A DNA stretch of 63,209 bases, filler included, from Desulfonatronovibrionaceae bacterium (GTDB lineage Bacteria; Desulfobacterota; Desulfovibrionia; Desulfovibrionales; Desulfonatronovibrionaceae), in NCBI GenBank assembly GCA_046539845.1. It is 5 parts of 5 records of this genome, joined end to end, with 100 filler letters (N's around TTAATTAATTAA, not from the genome) between each part and the next. Parts side by side here need not be neighbours in the genome. Positions count along the whole stretch, not along the records: positions 14,248 to 27,944 come from JBKHGE010000051.1; positions 28,045 to 41,710 come from JBKHGE010000052.1; 3 more parts are not named here. One strand, written 5' to 3'. Position numbers and translations under genes: made by a program. Position 1 is the first letter of the stretch; each line of letters begins with the position of its first letter. Under the pieces are notes generated by a model. It had not been told where the DNA came from and ran no database searches. It worked only from the letters and a program-made list of their open reading frames with translations. Below are positions 19,130 through 29,906 of this stretch, piece by piece.

Positions 19130-19352
19130 GACAAGACCTTAAAGGCTATAGGCACGCTATTTGGCCCGCCAATTCTTCACCACCGGAAAACAGTGGTCCA
19201 GACGGTAGCGGGCATAGCGCTTCCGGGCCAGATTCCAATACGCACCCGCCCCTCCCCGGATGTTTGCGTAATCCTCTTGCCAGTGCCTGGCACACAATCC
19301 GCATCCCGGGCTGCCTGTTGAGGACACCCCCGGCTTTTGCTACACTGCCTGT

Positions 19353-20177
19353 ATGAATATATATCCAGGAAAAAAACCGCTTTATACTAAAGGCCCTTTC
19401 TTTGCCCTTTTCCTTGCTCTTGTTCTGGCCGCGGGCTGCGCCACCGCCCCGCACACGCAGCGCTCCCAGTTCATCATGGTCCCCGAAGCCCGGATCCTGG
19501 CCATGAGCCAAGAGGCGGCCCGGGAAATCAAGGAAAAGGAGCCCTTGTCCGAGGACCCGGAGCTGGTGGACCGCGTCCAAAACGTGGGAAAGCACATTGC
19601 CGCGCACACGGACAAGGATTACCAATGGGAATTCAATGTGGTGGACAAGGACGTCTTAAACGCCTTTGCCCTGCCCGGGGGCAAGGTCTTTATTTACCGC
19701 GGTCTTCTGGAAATAATGGACACCGATGCCCAGCTGGCCACGGTTATTGCCCATGAGATCGCCCATGTGGTGGCCAGACACGGTGCGGAACGGGTGTCCA
19801 TGCAACTCGGTACCGCCCTGGTCGGCCAGGCCGCGGGCATTGTCCTGGATATGAGCAATCCCACTGCAGCCCGGGTCTTTCAGCAGGCCTACGGCATATC
19901 TGCCCAGCTGGGAGTGATTCTGCCCTACAGCCGGACCCAGGAATACGAGGCCGACCACATTGGGCTCATCCTCATGGCCAAGGCCGGTTATGCTCCCGAG
20001 GCGGCCTTGTCTTTCTGGCAAAAGATGATGCAGGAAAACAAAGACGAGAAAAAGCCCCCGGTATGGCTCTCCACCCATCCTTTGAGCGAGAGCCGGCTGA
20101 AGGCGTTGGAGAGAGATATCCCCAAGATCAAGGATAAATATTATAGCCAACAGGGGAGGGCAAACCCTGATAGTTGA
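19353..20177 (+). CDS. M48-family metallopeptidase lipoprotein
   Basis: Lipobox LAAGC, NAFALPGG, HEIAH, YSRTQEYEAD, LSTHP. Confidence 0.92.
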   Translation: MNIYPGKKPLYTKGPFFALFLALVLAAGCATAPHTQRSQFIMVPEARILAMSQEAAREIKEKEPLSEDPELVDRVQNVGKHIAAHTDKDYQWEFNVVDKDVLNAFALPGGKVFIYRGLLEIMDTDAQLATVIAHEIAHVVARHGAERVSMQLGTALVGQAAGIVLDMSNPTAARVFQQAYGISAQLGVILPYSRTQEYEADHIGLILMAKAGYAPEAALSFWQKMMQENKDEKKPPVWLSTHPLSESRLKALERDIPKIKDKYYSQQGRANPDS

Positions 20178-20189
20178 ACTTGGAAGGCC

Positions 20190-21140
20190 ATGATCACCCT
20201 GGGACTTACCACCTACAGACAGGAAAGCCTCCTGCTGGCCGCGGATATGATGCGCTCCAGGGACATGGTTGTCCTCGAGGAACCGCAGACCCCTGGATTC
20301 AAGGACATGCTCCGGGGGTCGCTGGCCATCGACACCTATCTCCAGCTTACTGATTTTGGATTCCCCGGATACGCTAAACAGAGCTGCAAAGCCATGCGCG
20401 AAATGTTCGACAGGGGCATTGAATTCCGCCAGATAGACCCCTTCATGGATGAGCTGGTTCTTATCCACGAATTCTTCGCTTCCGGGGGGACCCCGCAGGA
20501 GATCCAAAAAGAGCCGGGTAAAAGCGTTTACAACGCCGAGCACGTGTGGACCAGGGAGCTTTTGGCCTTTTACCGCGCAAGTACGAAAAGGGACTTTTCC
20601 GGTCTGGTACGGGCAGTGCAGGATTTCGCCCGTGCGGACGCGAGCCGGGGCGCACTTCGGGACAGAATGCGGGCCGAAGCCTTACAGGAAATAAACTGCG
20701 AAGGCAAAAACATTTACATTGAAGCCGGATACCTCCATCTGGCCCTGATAAAGAACCTGCTTCAACTGGGGATCAAACCGCGGGTCAGGTACGTGCTGGA
20801 GCCGGTGTATAAGGAGCTGTGCGGCAGGCGCCAGCCCTTAAGCCCGGGCGATAGGCTGACCTGGCTGTATTATCGCCGACCCCGGACCAGCGGTCCAAAA
20901 CCGGACCGGCTGGCCGCCCAGGCCCTGATTTACAACAAACTGATCACCAAGGACGAGATGGCCGCCACCAAAGGCGATTTCCCCCACGCAACAGACGAGG
21001 TACAGGTCATCAGCCTGGTCGAGGATCTGGATTTTGCGGTCTGTAGGGATGTGTTGGAAAGGATTCGGGGACTGTCCACCCGGCAGGCCAGGGCCGAGAT
21101 CGCTCAAGTCTTGGGGCGGGCCGGCATTGGCTCGGCCTGA
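20190..21140 (+). CDS. Hypothetical protein, possibly TraB/ChaN/EreA-like fold
   Basis: 316-aa ORF in an apparent operon with the M48 gene; VVLEEP, RDRMRA and EAGYLH motifs. Confidence 0.7.
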   Translation: MITLGLTTYRQESLLLAADMMRSRDMVVLEEPQTPGFKDMLRGSLAIDTYLQLTDFGFPGYAKQSCKAMREMFDRGIEFRQIDPFMDELVLIHEFFASGGTPQEIQKEPGKSVYNAEHVWTRELLAFYRASTKRDFSGLVRAVQDFARADASRGALRDRMRAEALQEINCEGKNIYIEAGYLHLALIKNLLQLGIKPRVRYVLEPVYKELCGRRQPLSPGDRLTWLYYRRPRTSGPKPDRLAAQALIYNKLITKDEMAATKGDFPHATDEVQVISLVEDLDFAVCRDVLERIRGLSTRQARAEIAQVLGRAGIGSA

Positions 21141-21184
21141 GCCGAGACCACGGAAGCGGCAAGAACGGGATGGAAAAAAACCTT

Positions 21185-21895
21185 TTAGCCTCGCTCGGAA
21201 AGCGCCTGGCGTATTACCACGTACGCCCGCCAGTAATTAAAGACTCCACCTATAAAAAACAGGGTGCTCCCCACCAGGTATTGCCAAGCCATGAACTTGT
21301 TCAGGATCAGATAATCCGCGGAAGACTCAAAATCCCACAGATAGGGCACGGAAGCGAGGGTAAAAAGCACCGAACCCACCACAAAGGCCACCGCAGTCAG
21401 ATTCATAAGATGCAGGGTAAGCATGGAATCCGCTCTGGCTATCTGCAAAACATTTATGCACGCCCCGACCACGAAAAGAAAGCTGCCCCAAACAAAAAAC
21501 CAGGCCCCGGTAAGGTCCCTGGCCACAAAGGAAAGGAAAAAGACGCTCCCCACGGTAAAAAGGACCGTACCCAGGACATAGCTCGCAGCCGCCGCGTACT
21601 CCAGCTTGGCCCAGCGGTCGTGCCTGTCTGTACTTTTCCAGTTGCGCAGCACTTCGGCCAGGTCATGCACTGTGACCACAAGGTAGAGCACGGATCCGGC
21701 GAAAAATATCCAGCAACCCAGATCGCGGTGCGCGTCCATGGCGGGAAAAAAGAGAATGCTCCCGGCAATAAAAACCGCTCCACCGAGCTTGTAGATGACC
21801 GCGTTTATGGTCTCCCAGCGGAATTGTTTTTTAATGTCCTCCCGGTCCCCGGTCAGGTCTAGCAGGCGGGGACGGTTGGTGAATATATGGGGCAT
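21185..21895 (-). CDS. YrhK-family membrane protein
   Basis: Repeated GxxxFxxGSxLF TM motifs; GGAG RBS before ATG 21895. Confidence 0.8.
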   Translation of the reverse strand: MPHIFTNRPRLLDLTGDREDIKKQFRWETINAVIYKLGGAVFIAGSILFFPAMDAHRDLGCWIFFAGSVLYLVVTVHDLAEVLRNWKSTDRHDRWAKLEYAAAASYVLGTVLFTVGSVFFLSFVARDLTGAWFFVWGSFLFVVGACINVLQIARADSMLTLHLMNLTAVAFVVGSVLFTLASVPYLWDFESSADYLILNKFMAWQYLVGSTLFFIGGVFNYWRAYVVIRQALSERG

Positions 21896-22210
21896 GGGCA
21901 CTCCGAAGACGTTCAGGATCAGATTAAATTCCGCTTAATCCTCGACCAGATCAAGATAAAAATCAAGCAGGTCCTTTGCTGCCGGGACAGGCAGCGGCTT
22001 CTCCCTGATGGACCGGTTTTGGTTTACAAACCCTAAAACAGCAATTAATGCCTAGTGGCTTGCAAACGCTTCTATATTGCCTCCGGGAGCCGGGTTCGTG
22101 TTCCTCAGCTTCCGGGCCTGCCGCGCCGGAAGCAACAAAGCATTTGATAACCCAACTTATTTCTGCAAGGATTAAAGAGCCTGCGCACATTATTGCCCCC
22201 GGTTTCACAT

Positions 22211-25150
22211 ATGCCAAAAATAATTTTTATATTTTCCCTTTTCTCTTTATTTGTCTTACCCCTTGCCTGTCCGGGGAACGGAGCGGCAGAAGATGCCAAT
22301 TCTGCGAATGTGTCCGTGCGGGAAGATCTAGGGCTGACCCAGGAAGAGCTCGATTTCCTGCGCGAAAACCCGGTCATCCGGGTGGGCAACGAGGAGGACT
22401 GGGCCCCGTTTGATTTCAGCAGGCACGGCAAACCCTCCGGCTACGCCATCGACCACCTCGAGCTTTTGGGCCGCAAACTGGGCATCTCCTTTGAATATAT
22501 TAACGGCTACACCTGGGCCGAACTTTTAAAACTCTTCAAAAACAACGAGATAGACCTCTTGCCCTCTTTGTGGATATCCGAGAGCCGCAAAGATTACATG
22601 CTCTTTACCGAGCCCTTTTTGGAGCTGCCGTATATTCTGGTCACGAAAAAGGACAGCCCGGAGATCAGCGACTTCCAGGATCTCCAGGGCAAAACCGTGG
22701 CCGTGCCCAAAAGCTACAAGCAGGAAGAGGTCCTGGAAAACGACTACCCGGAGATTGATCTGTACCGGGTCAAAGGGGTGCTGGACGGCTTAAAGGCGGT
22801 CAACTACGGTCGGGCGGACGCCTATATCGGCTACCGGGGCACAGTGGACTATCTCATAGCCACCCGGTTTCTGACCGACCTGGAGATCAAGGGCGAGATC
22901 GAAGTGCCCCAGCTTGGACCGCAGGGGCTGTATATCGCGGTGCAAAAGGATATGGCACCGCTTAGAAGCGCGCTGCAAAAGGCCATGGATCAGGTCCCGA
23001 ACCAGGAAAAGGTCCGCCTGGCCCGAAAATGGATCACCATAGACCGATCCCCGGCCCCTTCTTTGACCGACAAGGAAAAAAAGTTTCTGGAGGATAATCC
23101 GGTCCTGCGGGTGGACAGCATGAGCTGGTGGCCGCCGTTCAATTTCCGGGAGAACGAGAAGCCAAAGGGATTCAGCATCGATTATATGCGGCTTTTGGCC
23201 GAGAAGCTGGATATAGATCTCCAATTTGTCACCGCAGACTCCTGGCGCGACTATCTAAGCATGCTCCAAAACAGGGACCTGGATATCCTCTGTGACGTGG
23301 TGGAGACAACCGAGCGCGGGGAATATATCGACTTTACCCGGCCATATTTCATGGTCTTTACCGGAATAGTCACCAAAAAAGAAAGTAATGACTTCCGCGA
23401 CCTGGACTCCCTGGCCGGAAAAAAGGTGGCGGTCCCGGAGGGCTTTTACCACGAGGAGATACTCAGAAAACAATACCCGAAAATAGACGTGGTCACCCGA
23501 AAAAACACCCTGGAGTGTCTGAAGAGCGTCTCCTCCGGGCGGACAGCAGCAGCGTTGGCGGAAAAACCGGTGTTCGACTATCTCATAAACAAACACTTCC
23601 TGATGGACCTGCAGAGTGTACCAGTCCTGGATAACCCGCATTTCGAGAATACCCCGGTGTCCATGGGGGTGAAAAAGGGCCAGACCACTCTTCGAAACAT
23701 CCTGCAAAAGACCATGGACGTGGTTACAGAAGAGGAAGCGGTCAAGCTCAAGGCCAAATGGCTGGGCACGGAGACAGAAAGGGATCTCGGTTCGGGGATC
23801 GCCTTTAGTGCTGAAGAAAGGCAGTACCTGGCAAAAAACAAGGATGTCCACCTTTGCGTGCAGCCCGAACAGATGCCTCTGGAGGGCATGGATGAAAACG
23901 GGCACTACCGCGGCATTATAGCCGATATCGCCTCACTTTTGGGCGAGCGCAGCGGGATCGATTTTATTCCGGTCCCGGCGGAAAGCCGGGAGCAATGCGC
24001 CCGCAAAGTCACGTCCGGGGAGTGCTCAGCAGTTTCAGACTTGAGCAAAAATCCGGACACTGCCGAAGACTTTTTGTTCACCAAGCCGTACATGCACTCC
24101 ACCCGGGTCATAGTTGTTCCGGACAGGGAGAGCTACATCCCGGATATGGCCTCCCTGCAGGGCAAAAAGGTCAGCGTAATCCGCAACGACCCGGTCATTG
24201 AGTATATCAACAGCAACCACCCGGATATAGAGATAGTTCTGGCTGAAAACACGGAACAGCTGCTGCGTTATATTGATCAAGGCCAGGTGGACGCAGGCAT
24301 AGGCGGTCTGCAGATAACCGGCTACAAGATCCAAGAACTCGGGCTGTATAGCCTGAAAATCACCGGGCAGACTCCGTTCAAGAGATTCTTTCGCATGGGT
24401 GTCTCCCGGGATGAGCCCAGGCTGCATTCCATCTTGAACAAGGCCATAGACTCGGTGTCCGAACGGGATATAAACCGCATCAAACAAAACTGGCTGAGCG
24501 TCAAGTACGAACCCGGATTCGACTATCAGCTCATATGGAAGATCACGGCCCTGGCCGCGGCAATTTTCGTGGGCATTTTATTGTGGAACCGCAAGCTGTC
24601 CAGGCTGAACCGGGAGATCGCCCGGGCCCACGAGGAGCTGGGCGAAAAAAACAAAGAATTGGAAAGGCTGTCCACCACGGACAAATTGACCGGAACCTGC
24701 AACCGGCTGCGCCTGGAGGAGGTCTTGGACAAAGAATGCGAGAGGAGCAGGCGCTACGGAGAGCCTTTGTCCATCATCCTGGCCGATATTGATGATTTCA
24801 AGGACGTGAACGACCTGCACGGCCATCAGCGCGGGGATCAGGTCCTGCAGGAGGTGGCCGCCTGCCTGTGCACCAATATCCGCCGCTCGGACACAGCCGG
24901 GCGCTGGGGTGGCGAGGAGTTCTTGATCGTCTGTCCGGAGACCGATTCTTCCGGGGCCGCCGCTCTGGCGGAAAAACTGAGGGAGAGGGTGGAAGATCTG
25001 GACTTGCAAGAGGTCAGCGGGGTGACCTGCAGCTTCGGAGTGGTGGAGATAAGAAAAAACGAGAGTTCGGACAGCCTCATGAGCCGAGTGGACAGGCTTT
25101 TATATAAGGCCAAGGGCCGGGGCAAAAACAGGGTGGTCTGCGCCGCCTAG
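22211..25150 (+). CDS. Diguanylate cyclase with three periplasmic substrate-binding domains
   Basis: Signal/TM, three PBP repeats (WAPFDF, WPPFNF, QMPLE), TM, TDKLTG, RRSD I-site, GGEEF. Confidence 0.93.
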   Translation: MPKIIFIFSLFSLFVLPLACPGNGAAEDANSANVSVREDLGLTQEELDFLRENPVIRVGNEEDWAPFDFSRHGKPSGYAIDHLELLGRKLGISFEYINGYTWAELLKLFKNNEIDLLPSLWISESRKDYMLFTEPFLELPYILVTKKDSPEISDFQDLQGKTVAVPKSYKQEEVLENDYPEIDLYRVKGVLDGLKAVNYGRADAYIGYRGTVDYLIATRFLTDLEIKGEIEVPQLGPQGLYIAVQKDMAPLRSALQKAMDQVPNQEKVRLARKWITIDRSPAPSLTDKEKKFLEDNPVLRVDSMSWWPPFNFRENEKPKGFSIDYMRLLAEKLDIDLQFVTADSWRDYLSMLQNRDLDILCDVVETTERGEYIDFTRPYFMVFTGIVTKKESNDFRDLDSLAGKKVAVPEGFYHEEILRKQYPKIDVVTRKNTLECLKSVSSGRTAAALAEKPVFDYLINKHFLMDLQSVPVLDNPHFENTPVSMGVKKGQTTLRNILQKTMDVVTEEEAVKLKAKWLGTETERDLGSGIAFSAEERQYLAKNKDVHLCVQPEQMPLEGMDENGHYRGIIADIASLLGERSGIDFIPVPAESREQCARKVTSGECSAVSDLSKNPDTAEDFLFTKPYMHSTRVIVVPDRESYIPDMASLQGKKVSVIRNDPVIEYINSNHPDIEIVLAENTEQLLRYIDQGQVDAGIGGLQITGYKIQELGLYSLKITGQTPFKRFFRMGVSRDEPRLHSILNKAIDSVSERDINRIKQNWLSVKYEPGFDYQLIWKITALAAAIFVGILLWNRKLSRLNREIARAHEELGEKNKELERLSTTDKLTGTCNRLRLEEVLDKECERSRRYGEPLSIILADIDDFKDVNDLHGHQRGDQVLQEVAACLCTNIRRSDTAGRWGGEEFLIVCPETDSSGAAALAEKLRERVEDLDLQEVSGVTCSFGVVEIRKNESSDSLMSRVDRLLYKAKGRGKNRVVCAA

Positions 25151-25172
25151 ACTCCCCCTTGGATTTTAAGAC

Positions 25173-25205
25173 CCGGCCGCCGGATCTAAACACTCCGGCG
25201 GCCGG
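25173..25205. terminator. Hairpin between convergent genes
   Basis: CCGGCCGCCGGA/TCCGGCGGCCGG 12-bp stem. Confidence 0.55.
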
Positions 25206-25299
25206 ATCCTTCCCTAACCGACTACTGAAAAAATCCCTGCCGCTTTACCGGCATTAAAGGATTTAAAGCCGGGCTGCTAAAGCAAGCCCGTACTCCTGC

Positions 25300-25947
25300 C
25301 TAAAGCACCCGGCAGGTTATATAGTGGATCATGATCTCGTCCGCATACTCCTCATGCTCCGGGAGATAAGGTTTGGGCTCGCTTATATCCAGTACTTCCC
25401 ATCTCCCTTCCGAGGCGATTTCGTTTACAGTGGCCCGGAAGTCGCGCTCCTCGAAGATATCGTTTCTCTGGGTCAAAACAATGGTCCCCCCGGACCGGAC
25501 CACGCGGCAAAACTCGCGCAAAAGATCTTTGCTCTCCGGGACATAGGTGAGCACCCCTATACATTCCAGCCCCTGGTATGCGTTGTCTTCAGCCGGCAGA
25601 GGCAATTCCTGCAGATTCACCTGCTTAAGGGAGCGGTACACCCCGTATTTCCGGGCCGTCTGCAGGGATTTTTCCGAGAGGTCCATCCCGTCGATCACCT
25701 TGAATCCGGCTGCTGCCAGGGCCTTGCCGGTCAATCCGGTACCACATCCAGCATCCAAGATGGCCGCATCCGGACCCAGATGGCGGGTCAATATATTCGC
25801 CGCCCGGTCCGGGGCCTGGTACCTCCAGCTCTGCAGGTCACGGTCATAATCTTCAGCCCATTGGTCGTAATACTTTTCGATCTCGCTGCTATCGCTTGCG
25901 GCCAGTCCGCTCAATCCCTGATGGCCGGACTGCTGCTTGCCTTTCAT
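25300..25947 (-). CDS. Class I SAM-dependent methyltransferase
   Basis: YDQWAEDYD, ILDAGCGTGL, GMDLS; AGGAGG RBS. Confidence 0.9.
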   Translation of the reverse strand: MKGKQQSGHQGLSGLAASDSSEIEKYYDQWAEDYDRDLQSWRYQAPDRAANILTRHLGPDAAILDAGCGTGLTGKALAAAGFKVIDGMDLSEKSLQTARKYGVYRSLKQVNLQELPLPAEDNAYQGLECIGVLTYVPESKDLLREFCRVVRSGGTIVLTQRNDIFEERDFRATVNEIASEGRWEVLDISEPKPYLPEHEEYADEIMIHYITCRVL

Positions 25948-26146
25948 GCAATTCCTCCTTGGTTAAAGATTGTCCACGCAGTCAAAAGGGGCTAAGCCCC
26001 AAAAACTGCCTCTATGCAGAAAGGCCAAGGCATACCCGGGAGGAAACAACAAAGCAAGCCGGCAGGCAATAAGCTGATATAACTGTTAATTTCTTAAGGG
26101 TTCGGGCTCATTCGCTTAAAGTATACTTTTTTTGCCGGCCCAACAC

Positions 26147-26398
26147 TCAGAGCTTCTTAACCAGACCGACTACAAATAACAAAATAACAGCCCCAATAGT
26201 GGCCATAATTATAGAGCCTAACAACCCGCCTGTTGTTACGCCCAGAAAACCGAACACAAATCCACCCAATACTGCCCCGACAATACCCACAATGATATTG
26301 CCTATGAGGCCAAATCCCCTGCCCTTCATTATGAGGCCGGCAAGCCATCCGGCCAGAGCACCAACGGCTAAGAATATTAGTAAGCTAATGATGTCCAT
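26147..26398 (-). CDS. GlsB/YeaQ/YmgE-family stress-response membrane protein
   Basis: GALAGWLAG..GFGLIGNIIVGIVGAVLGG; GGAGG RBS before ATG 26398. Confidence 0.88.
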   Translation of the reverse strand: MDIISLLIFLAVGALAGWLAGLIMKGRGFGLIGNIIVGIVGAVLGGFVFGFLGVTTGGLLGSIIMATIGAVILLFVVGLVKKL

Positions 26399-26411
26399 GT
26401 TACCTCCTTTG

Positions 26412-26603
26412 CTATTTTTTAACCAAAAGGTATATGCCAAGAACAAAACTGACGGCGCCAGTAATATAGAGAAGCATTACTTTATCTGTAGCCGAACCTG
26501 TAAGAGCCTGTGTTATTTGCGAACCGACAGAGCCAGACAATTGATAGCCCCATATTGCCATACCAATGCCTGCAACCATGAGGATGATCCCGATTATTTT
26601 CAT
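26412..26603 (-). CDS. Small membrane protein (DUF3185-like)
   Basis: KIIGIILMVAGIGMAIWG..SVGSQITQALTGS.TDK. Confidence 0.7.
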   Translation of the reverse strand: MKIIGIILMVAGIGMAIWGYQLSGSVGSQITQALTGSATDKVMLLYITGAVSFVLGIYLLVKK

Positions 26604-26701
26604 AACACTTTTTGACTTCCTAGGTACGTTAACATCCTGTAATCTAATAAAATTAGAAATTATATTCTTCAGCCCATCCCGTCCCTGCCAGAAGGAAAGG
26701 A

Positions 26702-27325
26702 CTACCGGAAGACTACCTCCACATCCAGCCTGTCGCTAACCAAATCAGAAAACTCATTGAGTCGGGTCACAATTCGGGCGCGCTCAGGAATAAGATCTTC
26801 TTCGCGCAGGTATGAATAGGTGGCTTCCTTGAATTGCGAACGCAACTCCGCCTCTTGATCCCGGTCCAGGGCCCAATCCTTCAGAGTCTGAAGTCTGGAG
26901 CGTTTGGTCAGATAGCGTATGGAATCGATCTCAACCGTAAAATCCAGCTCTTCGGGCTCTGGGATAGTGATGACCATCCTGGTGCCCTCACGGCTTATCC
27001 TGTCCTTGGATAGCTTGCTCAAATCCACCCCATAATAGAGCTTGGCTTTCGCTACCAGATAACCTTCCCGGCTGCCCAGGAGTAAGCTGCTTTCATGCGA
27101 CTCCACCACGACCTGGGTCACCACGCGATCGGTAACCAGGAAAAGCAGCTCTTCCCGCTGCAAAACCTGCAGTGCTTGATCCTGTACCTGACGCCAAGCA
27201 AAAAGACTCTTGGTTACTGAATAGAGACGCGGTCCAACCGCAAACAGGACAATGACGATAAGTATGAATGCAGTGTATCGTATTGCCTGCCGCAAGGTTA
27301 TTTTCCTGGGATCAAACTTGCTCAT
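26702..27325 (-). CDS. Membrane-anchored protein (DUF4230-like)
   Basis: N-terminal TM; AKLYYGVDLSKL and ITIPEPE motifs. Confidence 0.7.
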   Translation of the reverse strand: MSKFDPRKITLRQAIRYTAFILIVIVLFAVGPRLYSVTKSLFAWRQVQDQALQVLQREELLFLVTDRVVTQVVVESHESSLLLGSREGYLVAKAKLYYGVDLSKLSKDRISREGTRMVITIPEPEELDFTVEIDSIRYLTKRSRLQTLKDWALDRDQEAELRSQFKEATYSYLREEDLIPERARIVTRLNEFSDLVSDRLDVEVVFR

Positions 27326-27358
27326 GACTTGGCCGGCCCGTTCCCCTATCGCTTTGGA

Positions 27359-27433
27359 TCAGCAGGATGTGGTGCGCAGGACCAAGTAAACAAGCACGAT
27401 CAGCACAAGAACAATGCCGATTGCCTTTCCCAT
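27359..27433 (-). CDS. Putative 24-aa single-TM small protein
   Basis: MGKAIGIVLVLIVLVYLVLRTTSC*, AGGAG RBS 5 nt upstream; too short for the ORF track. Confidence 0.55.
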   Translation of the reverse strand: MGKAIGIVLVLIVLVYLVLRTTSC

Positions 27434-27944
27434 GGCCACTCCTAATAATGTTTCGGTCTTTTTTCCTATGTTCCCCAATCCCAGCCTAATCGACTACTCT
27501 CGGGGCAGGTTACACTCTACCGGCGACTTTGTTCTAGTATTAGAAACTATTTCACTATCCACCCTAATCCAAAAATAAGACCTTGCAAAGGGGTATCTAT
27601 AGGGATATCGGTTCCGGTCTAGAACTTTGAATAAGAGCCGGCCCGGGCCATATATTGGCTCTCTGTGGATAAATGTTGCCCAGCCTCTTCGGCAATGGCT
27701 GTCTTAGAATAGCCATACCCATGAAAGGTCTGGTTGACTGGGAAGGGAAAGAAGTCGGCAGGGATTCGGACAGAGGCGGCCGATCCGCGTAATGTGGCTA
27801 CCTCACGCTATGTTTCATCTCTAACAACCCGGGAGCAATCCGCTTTCCAATGTTAGGCTAAAGCTCACCTAGGCTATCATCTATTTTTTATAGTTTACTA
27901 ATAATTATCGCGCCATGGTATTTTGGGAACCGGATAAGGCTGTC

Positions 27945-28044
27945 NNNNNNNNNNNNNNNNNNNNNNNNNNNNNNNNNNNNNNNNNNNNTTAATTAATTAA
28001 NNNNNNNNNNNNNNNNNNNNNNNNNNNNNNNNNNNNNNNNNNNN
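27945..28044. other. Artificial contig linker
   Basis: N-run with TTAATTAATTAA. Confidence 0.97.
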
Positions 28045-28472
28045 GTTATTACTGCTTATATCCGGAAAATCTGTAGCAAAAGGTGAAAGTGCTGTTAGAT
28101 ACTTTGTGGCGGGTGAAAATTTCAGATCAAGGACATAGGCTGCTTTTACGGCAAAAAATGCTGAACAATAGAGGATCGCTTCCCTGCGGATTTTTGAAAA
28201 CGATTTTGCGCTCACAGCAAATGATTCCTTTTGATTACTTAGCAACCAGGTGGTTAGGGTTAGAGAGCTAGACAAAGAAACTGTTTTGCCGATATCGATG
28301 TAAGATAAAAGTCCCGGAATTTTTCGCTCCAGCCGGATTCGGGGTCCTGGATGTCTTTGTTGACGATACGCAAAGGCATGGATAAACTCCCAACCTTGTC
28401 CCGGATCGAAATAATCCTATGGATTTATCTGATCCGGAATATAAACGGCCATTATACCCAGCGGAGAGGATT

Positions 28473-29906
28473 ATGCCCGAGCACGAGAGCGTCATCGGCC
28501 TTGAGGTCCATGCCCAGCTCAAGACCGAGACCAAGATATTCTGTTCCTGTTCCACCGCTTTCGGCAGAGAGCCGAATTATAATACCTGTCCGGTGTGTAC
28601 CGGAATGCCCGGAGTGCTTCCGGTATTAAACGCCCGGGCCGTAGAATATGCAGCCAAGATGGCCTTGGCCATTGACTGCCGGATAAACGAAAAATCAATT
28701 TTTGCCCGCAAGAATTATTTTTACCCGGATCTGCCCAAGGGTTATCAGATCTCACAGTACGAGCTCCCCTTGGCTGAACACGGCCGGATTAATATCCGCA
28801 CCGAGGCATACGGCCAGAAGGCAATCGGGGTCACCCGGATCCACATGGAGGAAGACGCCGGAAAATCCATCCATTCCCGAAGCGAGAACTTAAGCTATGT
28901 GGATTTCAACCGTACCGGTGTCCCCTTGATCGAAATTGTCTCCGAGCCGGACATCCGTCATCCGGAAGAGGCGGTGGCCTATCTCAAGTCCCTGCGCAGC
29001 ATCCTCATGTATCTGGACATATGCAACGGGAACATGGAGGAAGGCAGTTTCCGCTGTGACGCGAACGTTTCAGTCCGGCCCAAAGACAGGGAGGAATTCG
29101 GCACGCGCACGGAGGTAAAGAACCTCAACTCCTTTCGGCACGTGCAAAAGGCTCTGGAGTATGAGATCGAAAGACAGCTGGACGTGCTCCTGGACGGTGA
29201 GGAAGTGATCCAGGAGACCAGACTGTACGACATGGACAAAGGAATAACCAAGTCCATGCGCGGCAAGGAGGAGGCGCACGACTACCGTTATTTCCCGGAC
29301 CCGGATCTGGTCCCTGTGGTCTTGAAAAATAAGGACCTCGAGAGGTGGAAAAAGGAGTTGCCCGAGCTACCCGCGGAAAAGGAAAAACGATTTGTCCGCG
29401 AGTACAGTCTGCCGGAATATGACGCCTCGGTTCTGATCTCTGAAAAGGAACTGGCCGACTTTTTCGAGGAAGCCGCAACCCAATGCATGCAGCCCAAACA
29501 GGTGAGCAACTGGATAATGACCGAGGTCCTGCGCGAGCTGAATGAGAAGCATTGCCGCCTCTCAGAGAGTGCCTTGACTCCCGGCATCCTGTCCGCACTC
29601 ATCCATATTATTGATCAAGGCCTTATAAGTAATAAGATAGGCCGACAGATATTCCCGGAGCTGTTTTCGACCGGGGCTGACCCGGAGACATTGGTCCGAG
29701 ATAAGGGCCTGGTCCAGATCTCGGACACCTCTAGTCTGGAAAAAATAGTTGAAGAGGTACTTGAAGAATGTCCAGGCGAGGTAGAAAAATACAAGAGCGG
29801 ACATAAAAAAGTCATGGGCTTTTTTGTCGGCCAGGTCATGAAAAAGACCAAGGGCCAGGCCAACCCCGGAGTGGTGAACAAGCTCTTGCAGGAAAAGCTG
29901 GGATGA
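28473..29906 (+). CDS. gatB: Asp/Glu-tRNA amidotransferase subunit B
   Basis: [45 protein letters not shown]. Confidence 0.97.
   Translation: MPEHESVIGLEVHAQLKTETKIFCSCSTAFGREPNYNTCPVCTGMPGVLPVLNARAVEYAAKMALAIDCRINEKSIFARKNYFYPDLPKGYQISQYELPLAEHGRINIRTEAYGQKAIGVTRIHMEEDAGKSIHSRSENLSYVDFNRTGVPLIEIVSEPDIRHPEEAVAYLKSLRSILMYLDICNGNMEEGSFRCDANVSVRPKDREEFGTRTEVKNLNSFRHVQKALEYEIERQLDVLLDGEEVIQETRLYDMDKGITKSMRGKEEAHDYRYFPDPDLVPVVLKNKDLERWKKELPELPAEKEKRFVREYSLPEYDASVLISEKELADFFEEAATQCMQPKQVSNWIMTEVLRELNEKHCRLSESALTPGILSALIHIIDQGLISNKIGRQIFPELFSTGADPETLVRDKGLVQISDTSSLEKIVEEVLEECPGEVEKYKSGHKKVMGFFVGQVMKKTKGQANPGVVNKLLQEKLG

Noticed and set aside
27664..27672. Perfect DnaA box TGTGGATAA
   Set aside because: A single box, with no cluster, DUE or dnaA context to suggest oriC.
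27819..27859. attC-like CTAAC...GTTAGGC
   Set aside because: About 40 bp, shorter than known attC sites; no L boxes and no integrase.
27997..28275. Short ORFs at the start of contig 3
   Set aside because: No recognisable motifs or RBS; more likely non-coding sequence upstream of gatB.
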